Below are positions 56,201-63,950 of a stretch of DNA of 64,000 bases, one piece after another. The notes under the pieces are model-generated. The model had not been told where the DNA came from, ran no database searches, and saw only the letters and a list, made by a program, of their open reading frames with translations. The translations under genes were made by a program, and so were the position numbers. The stretch is from positions 2,672-66,671 of the forward strand of contig JBAXRM010000001.1 of the NCBI GenBank assembly GCA_037131225.1. The letters run 5' to 3'. The first letter of the stretch is position 1. Every line of letters begins with the position of its first letter. This stretch comes from Nostocales cyanobacterium ELA583. GTDB lineage: Bacteria > Cyanobacteriota > Cyanobacteriia > Cyanobacteriales > Nostocaceae.

Positions 56201-58187
56201 TCACCCTGATTGGAGTGGCACATTTATCGCTGAATCAGTGGCTAGTGGTTGGACAAAAGTAGTCACACCAGAATTCCAAATGGTCTGGCCAGATACTCAT
56301 CTCCAAGAAACCCAAGGTGGTAGATATGCTAAAGGTGAAAGTTTCGTAGTTAATGACATTTATCAAGTCGGCCATGCTCAATGTCACATCGAGATTTTAG
56401 AGCAGATTGAAGTCAAAGCTTACATGATTGTCCCCATTTTCTTTGAAGATAAATTATGGGGTTTATTGGCGGCTTATCAAAACACGGGAACAAGACAATG
56501 GCAAGAATCAGAAATTAACTTCTTAACCCAAATTGGTTTACAATTTAGCCTAGCTAAATCTCAAGTTGATTACTTAGATAGATTACGAGAGCAATCTGCA
56601 AAAATTGCCCAAGCAGTTGAACAGGAAAAAACTTTCTCTAAAATAGTTAACCAAATCCGTCAATCCTTAAATTCGGGAATAGACGAGATTTTCAAATCTA
56701 CCACTCAGGATATCCGCCAACTCTTCAAATGCGATCGCTGCGCTGTCTATAAATTCACCTCTGATTGGGGTGGTAACTTTGTCTCTGAATCAGTAGCCAC
56801 AGGTTGGATAAAACTAGTTACACCTGAACTTAAAACTGCCTTTGATGATCCTTGCTTACAAGCAATTAAAGGTGGTGATTATAAAAAGGGTAACAAATTA
56901 GTAGTCAGTGACATTTATCAAGCCAGCTTTGATACTTGCTACATTGAACTATTAGAAGGGTTTGAAGCCAAAGCCTATGCGATTGTTCCTATCCTATTCG
57001 GTGACAATCTTTGGGGACTATTGGCAGTCTATCAAAACTCTAGTACGCGTCATTGGCAAGAATCAGAAACCAACCTATTAGCACGGATTGGGGATCAATT
57101 AGGACTAGCTTTGCAACAAACAGAATTCTTGCAACAGCTACAAACCCAATCTACGAAACTATCAGAAGCAGCAACCAGAGAAAAAGCAGCCAAGGAACTC
57201 CTCCAACAGCGTTCCATTCAATTACTAATTGCTCTTAAACCTGCCCTGAAAGGGGATTTAACAGTCCGCGCCCCCATTACAGAAGATGAAATAGGCACAA
57301 TTGCAGACGCTTATAACGGGACTGTGCAAGCCCTACAGCAAATCGTCATCAAGGTACAGTCAGCCTCTCAACAAGTAGCCGAAACTTCCAGTAATAGCAG
57401 TACCTCACTAGTGGGATTGACTCATTTAGCCGAACAACAATCAGGTGAAATCACTAAGGCTTTAGGTGATCTGCAACAGATGGTAAACTCTACCCAAGCG
57501 GTAGTTAATAACGCCCAATTAGTGCAGATAGCTGTTCAACAAGCCAACAAAACTGTAGATTCTGGCGATACTGCTATGAATGAAACAGTTAATGCTATTC
57601 AAGCCATTCGAGAAACCGTAGCTCAAACCAGCAAAAAGATTAAACGCCTGAGTGAGTCATCTCAAAAAATCTCCAAAGTGGTAAATTTGATTAGTAGCTT
57701 TGCGACTCAAACCAACGTTCTCGCGCTCAACGCAGCTATTGAAGCCACTAGAGCCGGTGAATATGGTAAAGGCTTTGCAGTGGTAGCGGATGAAGTGCGT
57801 TCGTTATCTCGTCAGTCAGCGGCCGCAACTATCGAAATTGAAAAATTAGTTCAGGAAATTCAAGCAGAAACTGGAGAAGTTGCTGTCGCAATGGAAACGG
57901 GTATTCAGCAAGTTGTCGAAGGGACAAACTTAGTTAATGAAACTCGCCAAAACCTCAATGACATTGTTTCTGCAACTGCGGAAATTAGTCAACTAATTGA
58001 ACGCATTACTGAAGCTACCCAAATCCAAATGCAGCAATCTGGTACAGTTACTAAATCAATGAATGATGTGGCAGAAATTGCCAACAAAACCTTTGGAGAA
58101 TCTCAAGAAATTGCCCATGTTTTCCAAAGCTTAACCGGAATGGCACAGGATTTATTAGCAACTGCTAGTAAGTTTAAGGTGAAGTAA
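53220..58187 (+). CDS. methyl-accepting chemotaxis protein with seven GAF modules (six cyanobacteriochrome-like); PixJ/PtxD-type photoreceptor candidate
   Basis: Seven GAF modules spaced about 176-185 aa apart. Cys-His or Cys-Tyr sits in the bilin-attachment context (e.g. GLAQCHIDILEQFEAKAY). A HAMP-like segment follows. The C-terminal MCP signalling domain reads TNVLALNAAIEATRAGEYGKGFAVVADEVRSLS. Confidence 0.9.
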   Translation: MTTLYQNPNEDAGNGFTTAQSEEKKKVNGNGANYDSSNKGLIAQEFKIWRQRFQEITAKMRQVADLEKLLPVTVAEVRDKLVCDSEAPRRADRVLIYQFTTNDIGTIVAESRATGWTPTINENLAAILFGVYTSQEYLEPVIIDDINQIQVTPYQKQLLDKFQVRSSLSLPIFVDSKVWGLLVVHSCGVPRQWQETETTLLSQIATEITYRFQGFKLQRELKQSSLAKQSAAKVITKILQQPDVEKIFQTTTQEVRQLLKCDRVGVYRFNDDWSGQFVSESVGNNWVKVVTPGYQMVWEDTHLQDTKGGRYAKGESFVVNDTYKIGLAQCHIDILEQFEAKAYIISPIFSGEKLWGLLAAYQNTGAREWQDWEVSFLNQIGSQFGVAVSQGEYLGTVQKQKEQLGQIAKQEKALTKIVSRIRQSLDIGEIFKIATQEMRQVLKCDRVAVFKFHPNFSGEFIAESVSQGWVRLVDTTRKELVEDTFFQETKGARFAKGETIAVNDIYAANITPCYLELLEQFETKAYINVPIFFDEQLWGLLAAYQNSDTREWQTSEVSFLSQVALQFSLAKTQIDYLAELTRRAEQETAINRIVNKIRQSLDTEEIFRTTTQEIRAALQCDRVAVYEFTPDWGGRFVHESVGVGWTQLVGPNIKTVLDDTYLQDSKGGRYAKGETFVVNNTYKIGLADCHIKILEQFEAKSYVIVPIFFGDKLWGLLGAYQNTGAREWNPSEVNFLKQIGLQFSLAKSQVDYVEKVQEQSAELAKLVEQEKTVNKIVNRIRQAANIEDIFKTTTQEVRQALKCDRVGVYQFHPDWSGTFIAESVASGWTKVVTPEFQMVWPDTHLQETQGGRYAKGESFVVNDIYQVGHAQCHIEILEQIEVKAYMIVPIFFEDKLWGLLAAYQNTGTRQWQESEINFLTQIGLQFSLAKSQIDYIQKIQRQTGELAKVAEQEKAVNKIVARIRQAIGVEDIFKTTTQEVRQALKCDRVGVYQFHPDWSGTFIAESVASGWTKVVTPEFQMVWPDTHLQETQGGRYAKGESFVVNDIYQVGHAQCHIEILEQIEVKAYMIVPIFFEDKLWGLLAAYQNTGTRQWQESEINFLTQIGLQFSLAKSQVDYLDRLREQSAKIAQAVEQEKTFSKIVNQIRQSLNSGIDEIFKSTTQDIRQLFKCDRCAVYKFTSDWGGNFVSESVATGWIKLVTPELKTAFDDPCLQAIKGGDYKKGNKLVVSDIYQASFDTCYIELLEGFEAKAYAIVPILFGDNLWGLLAVYQNSSTRHWQESETNLLARIGDQLGLALQQTEFLQQLQTQSTKLSEAATREKAAKELLQQRSIQLLIALKPALKGDLTVRAPITEDEIGTIADAYNGTVQALQQIVIKVQSASQQVAETSSNSSTSLVGLTHLAEQQSGEITKALGDLQQMVNSTQAVVNNAQLVQIAVQQANKTVDSGDTAMNETVNAIQAIRETVAQTSKKIKRLSESSQKISKVVNLISSFATQTNVLALNAAIEATRAGEYGKGFAVVADEVRSLSRQSAAATIEIEKLVQEIQAETGEVAVAMETGIQQVVEGTNLVNETRQNLNDIVSATAEISQLIERITEATQIQMQQSGTVTKSMNDVAEIANKTFGESQEIAHVFQSLTGMAQDLLATASKFKVK
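53472..53495 (+). mobile_element. 24-nt in-frame GC-rich insert splitting the HIP1 site of GAF1 (small-dispersed-repeat-like)
   Basis: tGCGAT-agcgaagcgccgcggcgagcagat-CGCgtc. Every other GAF module reads tGCGATCGCgt (Cys-Asp-Arg-Val/Cys). The insert adds SEAPRRAD between CD and RV. Confidence 0.55.
55626..56527 (+). repeat. direct repeat inside the MCP gene: two 353-bp tracts with 100% identity, period 549 bp (GAF5/GAF6)
   Basis: 55626-55978 is identical base for base to 56175-56527, compared by eye chunk by chunk. The flanks on both sides are similar but diverged. Confidence 0.95.
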
Positions 58188-58189
58188 AC

Positions 58190-58210
58190 AGGGAATAGGG
58201 AATAGGGAAC
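58190..58210. repeat. heptamer array (AGGGAAY)x3, reverse complement of the 53154-53195 unit
   Basis: agggaat agggaat agggaac, starting 3 nt after the MCP stop. Confidence 0.8.
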
Positions 58211-58285
58211 AAATTTTCTTCCTTCTTCCTTCTTCCTTCGTGTCCTTCGCTCCTATATCCCTCCGGGACGCTCCGCGAACGTGGT

Positions 58286-58319
58286 TCAGTAGGGGCGTAT
58301 TGCTATACGCCCCTACTGA
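58286..58319. repeat. perfect 15-bp-stem hairpin TCAGTAGGGGCGTAT-tgct-ATACGCCCCTACTGA
   Basis: Perfect palindrome between the MCP and CheA-like genes. It is preceded by the cttccttcgtgtccttcg repeat, which is also found inverted at 22425-22470. It could be an attenuator or a processing site. Confidence 0.5.
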
Positions 58320-58369
58320 CTCGGTGAATTCTTACTTAAAATAATTACTAAAATCTAAAAGCAAAAATT

Positions 58370-61300
58370 ATGATTACAGATTCAGCAATTCGTGAACAAG
58401 GCTATGCCTATTTTCTGGGTGAAGCACCGGAATTATTACAAACTATTGAACAAGATTTATTTACTTTAGTTGAAAGTCATAACACAGCTAAAGTACATAA
58501 CTTAATGCGAGCAACCCATACAATTAAGGGTGGAGCAGCCAATGTTGGACTAGATACCATCATGAAAATTGCCCATTCTTTAGAAGATATTTTTAAGGCT
58601 TTATATAGTCCCAATGTCGTTATTGATGGTGAATTACAAGCCTTACTTATTGAAGGTTATGAATGTCTACAATTAGCAGTTACATCTGAAGTTACCAACA
58701 GTAATATTAATGCTGACGGACTTTTAAATCGAGCAACTACAGCATTTGCTCAAATTCAAGAAAAGTTAGGTGATGCTTTTGGGGCAGAAACACATATTCC
58801 CACATCAGAAGAATTAGGATTTGATATTGTTAAATCTATTTTTGAAGTAGGAGTTAAGCAACGGATAGATAGTCTCAGTCAAACTATTAATAATCCACCA
58901 AATCCTAGTGAATTTTGTGAATTATTACACTCTCAAAGTGAAGTATTTATCGGGTTAGCAGAATCTCTAAATCTACCAGGACTGCAAGCACTAGCACGCA
59001 CAATTATGGCGGCTGTAGATGGGAATCCTGAAAAAGTATTAGAAATTGCTAAAATAGCTTTTAGTGATTTACAAGCAGCACAAAAAGCGGTATTAGCAGG
59101 CGATCGCACTTCCGGAGGTTCACCATCTTTAGAATTGCAAAAACTAGCAAATACAAATATTATAGACGATTCTGTCTCTGTTACGGTTACAACCAGTGCT
59201 TTAGCTATAGTACCAAAATATGAATCATCTTTAACATCTATACACCAATCTTTTGCCGAAACATTTTTTAGTATTACCACAGAATTTTATCAATTTTTAA
59301 TTACTCTTAGCAATGGCAATCATGAACCTTTAAAGCCAATTCATGCCAAGGTTTATTTAAAAGTAATTCGCTATATTTTTGGCTGGTTTAACCACTATAG
59401 AGAAATACCAGAATTAGAACTAAATCTATCTTTATTAATTCCTCCATCTATTCAAAAATATCCTGTCAATTATCTAGAAAATTGGCTAGGGGAATTTTTC
59501 TACTTTATCGAAAATGAAACAGATAGTCAGTCTTTATCTCTTTATCGGCGGGGGATAATTCTAATTATTCTCCTAGCTATTGCCAAATTCCAATATACTG
59601 TTGAGCAAAATAATAGTGCTATCCCCATTATTAAAAGATTAAGACAGCAAATCCGCGAACTAGGTACAGAATATAAAAAATATCCACCAGTCACTGAAGC
59701 CGAAAAAAAATGGCTTGATCATCCTAAATTACAAAATTTATTAGTTATTAAAGAAATAGTTTCGTCATTATCACTCGAAGACAATAATAACCTCCTGGAA
59801 TCAATATGGGGAGGAGAATCTATTTTAGATAATAATCCTGAAATAGTCTCTACACCAATCATAGAAACAGGAGAAACTGTTAAACATTATGGTTATTTAG
59901 GAAGTGTGACATCATCAGCAGTCGCTGAAGAGGTAATTACAGACGATGATCCTACAAGAATTAATCAGCAAGTAGAAGAAAAAACTACCGATTCTGTCAA
60001 TAGAAACTCTCGTCAACCTTCCTTTGTGCGCGTAGATGTCGAAGGATTACAACGCCTGAATTATCTCACAGGTGAATTACTAATTTACCAAAAAAGACGC
60101 ACTTTATATGATGAACAAGTTATAGAACTAATTGATAGATTAAGTCAGCAACTTAACCAACACCAACTTACTTTATATCAATTACGAGATTTACCATTAC
60201 AAGGTAATAATGTAATATCTCATAATAGCCAATCAGTGAGTAGCGTCAATTTTGATTCTTTAGAAATGGATATATATTCAGAGTTTCAATTGACATTACA
60301 CTCAGCAATGGAAGAAACTCTGCAAATCCAAGAAACTTCTGAATCTCTAGAATTACTGATGAAACAGGCTGGTCAAATCAGTGAGAAAAAACAGACTTTA
60401 ACCCTAAATATTATAGATAACTTAGTAGAAGCGAGAATGTTACCTTTAGGAACTATCCTCAGTCGCTTCCCGCAAATGGTGCAGAATCTAGCCAATGTTT
60501 ATAGGAAACAGGTAGAGTTGAAACTTACTGGTACACAAGTTCTAGTTGATAAAGCGATCGCGGAAAAGCTATATGATCCTCTTTTACAACTGGTACGCAA
60601 CTCTTTTGATCATGGGATTGAATCTCCAGAAATTCGCCGGGAAAGAGGTAAATCTGCACAAGGTATCATTGAAATTCGTGCCTATAATCAAGGTAGTCAA
60701 ACTGTTATTGAAATTCATGATGATGGACAAGGTTTAAACTTAGATAAAGTGCGTAGTAGAGCCATAGAAATGCATCTAATCCCCGATGATCATAGTGAAA
60801 ATTATGTTCATCATCTCAGCGAATCCGAACTAATAGAGATGATGTTTTCTCCGGGATTTTCCACAGCCGGTAAAGTCAGTGAAATCTCTGGACGCGGTAT
60901 GGGTTTAGATATTGTCCGTACCCAAATGCAATCACTTAACGGCTCAATTTCTGTGCAATCATCTCCTCATCAGGGAACAACTTTTATCCTTAAAATTCCT
61001 TTCTCTATGACTACAGATAAACTCATGTTAGTTCAGGCAGGTGGTGTTATTTATGCTTTACTACAAGATAGTATTGAAAAAATAGTTATTCCCTCTGCTC
61101 AACAAATCAAAGAATTTGAAGGCAAACAATTTTTACATTGGCGTACAGATGGCGAAGAATTAATGGTCAGCCTCCAAAAATTAGAGGGGTTAATGTATTA
61201 TAATGGCGCAGTTCTGAGTACGAATAATCTGCAAAATCTCCGTGATAATTCAGAAGCAGGAATAGTCAAAAATCCCATTCTTCTCCTCCGTCGTCATCAG

Positions 61301-62038
61301 GGAATGGTGGGAATAGAAGTTGATCAAATTATTGGGGAACAAGAATTAGTAATTAGGCCTTTAGGAAGTTCCATTACTCCACCAAAATACGTTTACGGTT
61401 GTAGTAGTTTAGCTAATGGTAACTTGATCTTAATTATTGATGGCACTATGCTAATTGATACTAAAGAAATGCAAGCAACATTGGATGTCATGAGACTACC
61501 GATGACACCCCCAGCAAATCAACAATCTTTGCCAATGTCAGAGGAAAATATTGCCTCTACACCTCTAATTACTGCAACTAATACCCAAAGACAACTAACT
61601 GCAAATGTGTCAGGAAATAGCAAATTACCAAAGGTAGTTTTAGTGGTAGATGATGCTATTAGTCTGCGACAAACTCTCTCTCTGACTTTGCAAAAATCTG
61701 GTTATCAAGTATTACAAGCTCAAAATGGTGTAGAGGCTTTGGAACAGTTGCAGTTACATCCAGAAATTGCCGTAATTATCTCTGATTTAGAGATGCCAAA
61801 AATGAACGGATTTGAATTATTAAGCTATATCCGTCAAAATCCAGATTTTGCCAAAAAACCAGTTGTAGTTCTCACTTCTCGCAGCGCGGATAAACATCGG
61901 CAATTAGCTTACGAATTAGGGGCAAATTCTTATTTAACTAAACCCTATTTAGAAAATGAATTTCTGTCCACTGTTGAGAGTCTAGCGAATATAATTAAAA
62001 ACGATTCAAATCAGGTTTTAATAACAGCCAGTAAGTAG
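58370..62038 (+). CDS. hybrid CheA-like histidine kinase (Hpt - long linker - kinase - CheW-like - receiver), PixL/PilL-like
   Basis: Hpt site MRATHTIKGGAANVG. HATPase blocks LLQLVRNSFDHGIE (N box), DDGQGL and GRGMGLDIV. A CheW-like segment is followed by the C-terminal receiver VLVVDDA...ISDLEMPKMNG...SYLTKP. Confidence 0.9.
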   Translation: MITDSAIREQGYAYFLGEAPELLQTIEQDLFTLVESHNTAKVHNLMRATHTIKGGAANVGLDTIMKIAHSLEDIFKALYSPNVVIDGELQALLIEGYECLQLAVTSEVTNSNINADGLLNRATTAFAQIQEKLGDAFGAETHIPTSEELGFDIVKSIFEVGVKQRIDSLSQTINNPPNPSEFCELLHSQSEVFIGLAESLNLPGLQALARTIMAAVDGNPEKVLEIAKIAFSDLQAAQKAVLAGDRTSGGSPSLELQKLANTNIIDDSVSVTVTTSALAIVPKYESSLTSIHQSFAETFFSITTEFYQFLITLSNGNHEPLKPIHAKVYLKVIRYIFGWFNHYREIPELELNLSLLIPPSIQKYPVNYLENWLGEFFYFIENETDSQSLSLYRRGIILIILLAIAKFQYTVEQNNSAIPIIKRLRQQIRELGTEYKKYPPVTEAEKKWLDHPKLQNLLVIKEIVSSLSLEDNNNLLESIWGGESILDNNPEIVSTPIIETGETVKHYGYLGSVTSSAVAEEVITDDDPTRINQQVEEKTTDSVNRNSRQPSFVRVDVEGLQRLNYLTGELLIYQKRRTLYDEQVIELIDRLSQQLNQHQLTLYQLRDLPLQGNNVISHNSQSVSSVNFDSLEMDIYSEFQLTLHSAMEETLQIQETSESLELLMKQAGQISEKKQTLTLNIIDNLVEARMLPLGTILSRFPQMVQNLANVYRKQVELKLTGTQVLVDKAIAEKLYDPLLQLVRNSFDHGIESPEIRRERGKSAQGIIEIRAYNQGSQTVIEIHDDGQGLNLDKVRSRAIEMHLIPDDHSENYVHHLSESELIEMMFSPGFSTAGKVSEISGRGMGLDIVRTQMQSLNGSISVQSSPHQGTTFILKIPFSMTTDKLMLVQAGGVIYALLQDSIEKIVIPSAQQIKEFEGKQFLHWRTDGEELMVSLQKLEGLMYYNGAVLSTNNLQNLRDNSEAGIVKNPILLLRRHQGMVGIEVDQIIGEQELVIRPLGSSITPPKYVYGCSSLANGNLILIIDGTMLIDTKEMQATLDVMRLPMTPPANQQSLPMSEENIASTPLITATNTQRQLTANVSGNSKLPKVVLVVDDAISLRQTLSLTLQKSGYQVLQAQNGVEALEQLQLHPEIAVIISDLEMPKMNGFELLSYIRQNPDFAKKPVVVLTSRSADKHRQLAYELGANSYLTKPYLENEFLSTVESLANIIKNDSNQVLITASK

Positions 62039-62042
62039 CAAG

Positions 62043-62120
62043 TAGGGTGTATTAGCGACGGCGCAATGCACCGTTTTCTTGACAATGGTGCGTTACGAAC
62101 TTCGTTCTAACACACCCTAC
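62043..62120. repeat. hairpin-type dispersed repeat GTAGGGTGT ... ACACCCTAC
   Basis: The ends gtagggtgt (62043-62051) and acaccctac (62112-62120) are inverted. The interior carries aatggtgcgttacg, related to 52517-52535. It lies directly after the CheA-like stop. Confidence 0.5.
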
Positions 62121-62175
62121 AATACTTCTATGATTTGTGTGATTTGGATGATTTTTTAAAAAAGTAAAAAAGAAT

Positions 62176-62219
62176 GTAGAGACGTTCCATGGAACGTCTC
62201 TACAAAAGAACGTCTCTAC
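62176..62219. repeat. palindromic repeat GTAGAGACGTTCCATGGAACGTCTCTAC plus a tandem half-copy (copy 2 of 3)
   Basis: The perfect 28-nt palindrome at 62176-62203 is followed by aaaagaacgtctctacaaaag, a duplicated right arm. Confidence 0.8.
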
Positions 62220-62267
62220 AAAAGTTTGGGAAGACGCATATTTAATTTTTACCAGATGTCTAATAAT

Positions 62268-62978
62268 TTAAAGTTGTCTGACTACAGGTTTACCGTCAAT
62301 AACTTCACCAACAAGAACGATATCTGCACAATTGACGAAAATACCATTTTCCAAAACACCAGGAATATTATTCAGTGTTTTTTCCAGGTTTGCAGGATCA
62401 TCAATGCTATCGAATGTCACATCTAAAACCATGTTACCTTGGTCAGTGATGACTGGACCTGCTTTTCTCACACCCATCCGCAATTCTGGCTTACCACCGA
62501 GGGCTTTAATGGCATTAGTGACGGGGGTAAGTGCCATAGGGATGACTTCTACCGGAACAGCAAAACTAGAACCCAGTTTATCTACTAATTTACCACCATC
62601 AACGACAACAATAAACTGTGCCGCTAGGTAATCTACTACTTTTTCGCGGGTATGTGCTGCACCACCACCTTTAATCAAGTTTTTGTGAGGATCTACTTCA
62701 TCAGCGCCATCTATGGCAATATCAATATGATCTACAGCGTCTAAGGTAGTCAGAGGAACACCATACTCTTTGGCTAAAACTTCCGATTGAAACGAAGTGG
62801 GAATACCGACAATATCCTTGAGTTCTCCTGATTTGAGACGTTCTCCTAAATACTGAATTGTGTAAGCTGTGGTTGAACCAGTACCTAACCCAACTATGGA
62901 ACCGGATTTTACTAAATTGGCAGCAGCTTTGCCAACTTCTTGCTTCATCAATTTAACTGGATCTGCTGGTATGGACAT
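62268..62978 (-). CDS. rpiA: ribose-5-phosphate isomerase A
   Basis: [29 protein letters not shown] and [15 protein letters not shown] blocks. 236 aa. Confidence 0.9.
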   Translation of the reverse strand: MSIPADPVKLMKQEVGKAAANLVKSGSIVGLGTGSTTAYTIQYLGERLKSGELKDIVGIPTSFQSEVLAKEYGVPLTTLDAVDHIDIAIDGADEVDPHKNLIKGGGAAHTREKVVDYLAAQFIVVVDGGKLVDKLGSSFAVPVEVIPMALTPVTNAIKALGGKPELRMGVRKAGPVITDQGNMVLDVTFDSIDDPANLEKTLNNIPGVLENGIFVNCADIVLVGEVIDGKPVVRQL

Positions 62979-63057
62979 TCTTTAACTCCTAAAAAACTCA
63001 TGGGATCGAAAATACTATTACAGCCGACTATACTATAAAATTGGTAATAGAATTTTT

Positions 63058-63597
63058 TCAGCCTTCATTTAAATTCATGATCATTTCGTAAGTTGCAACC
63101 TTAAATCCATTGGCTTCAAATAGCTTTTTAGCAAATTCGTTTTGGGCTGCAACTTCAAGAATCAATATTTGTGAACCCAACTGTTTGGCTGCATCTATTG
63201 AAGCATTTAACAACAATTTTCCTGCTCCCAACCCCCGTACCGATTCATCAATATAAATGTCATGAAGCCATACTGAAGGTGGTGCCATATCAACAAAACT
63301 ACTTTCTTCTAATCGTGTAAATGAGTAACCAACAATTTCATTTTCTACTTCTACAACTAAGACAACTGCTTTTGGATTAACAATTTCTTCAGTAAAAAAA
63401 TCGCAAAGCTGTTTTTCATGATTTTCAAATTCAACAAACCTTAAAGGATTGAAATTTTGATGTTGACGAATAAGTTTAAGTCCGTATTTAATCACGCCTT
63501 GATGATCATTTATAGTCGCTTTTCTAATTGTAATATTTGACTTTTTCATTTTATGTAACTGAATTATAATGTCAATATTTGCGGTATTATACTGCAA
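63058..63597 (-). CDS. GNAT family N-acetyltransferase
   Basis: Acetyl-CoA binding block IYIDESVRGLGAGKLLLNASIDAAKQLG and ...FAKKLFEANGF. The true start may be the internal Met at 63552 (MKKSNITIRKAT). Confidence 0.8.
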   Translation of the reverse strand: MQYNTANIDIIIQLHKMKKSNITIRKATINDHQGVIKYGLKLIRQHQNFNPLRFVEFENHEKQLCDFFTEEIVNPKAVVLVVEVENEIVGYSFTRLEESSFVDMAPPSVWLHDIYIDESVRGLGAGKLLLNASIDAAKQLGSQILILEVAAQNEFAKKLFEANGFKVATYEMIMNLNEG

Positions 63598-63626
63598 ACG
63601 CTTTAAAACTTGACCCCTCTTGTAAA

Positions 63627-63650
63627 CCTCTCCCCGTGAACGGGGAGAGG
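63627..63650. repeat. hairpin CCTCTCCCCG-tgaa-CGGGGAGAGG
   Basis: Perfect 10-bp stem. It is related in style to the ggggaggg cores at 29550-29582 and 31270-31300. Confidence 0.4.
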
Positions 63651-63922
63651 CTTTGAACTGAATTTTTTAGTCAAGAAAAAGTAAAGTTCCTAATCGTTTT
63701 GAGTATATAAGCTCTAACTCATCAGTTTACACCTATATTTAGGATGGTGGATAGGGACGATTACTGAGTTATTATTGTCATTCGTCTTCAAAGATACGAA
63801 TCTTTTTTTTGACACCAGTATGTAGAAAATAATTGTCAAATACTTGGCAAATAAAAAACCATCTGTTATATTAAACTCATACCCAAAAACCTAATCCCCT
63901 AATCCCCTGTCCCTACGGGGAT

Positions 63923-63950
63923 GTAGAGACGTTCCTCGGAGCGTCTCTAC
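63923..63950. repeat. palindromic repeat GTAGAGACGTTCCTCGGAGCGTCTCTAC (copy 3 of 3)
   Basis: Same arms as 16505-16531 and 62176-62203. It is preceded by cctaatcccctaatcccc short repeats. Confidence 0.8.

Noticed and set aside
54281-57238. 61-aa alternative-frame ORFs inside the MCP gene (54281-54466, 57053-57238)
   Set aside because: These are out-of-frame shadows within a strongly supported 1655-aa ORF.
62226-62631. 66-aa and 99-aa plus-strand ORFs
   Set aside because: They are antisense to rpiA, which has unambiguous conserved motifs.
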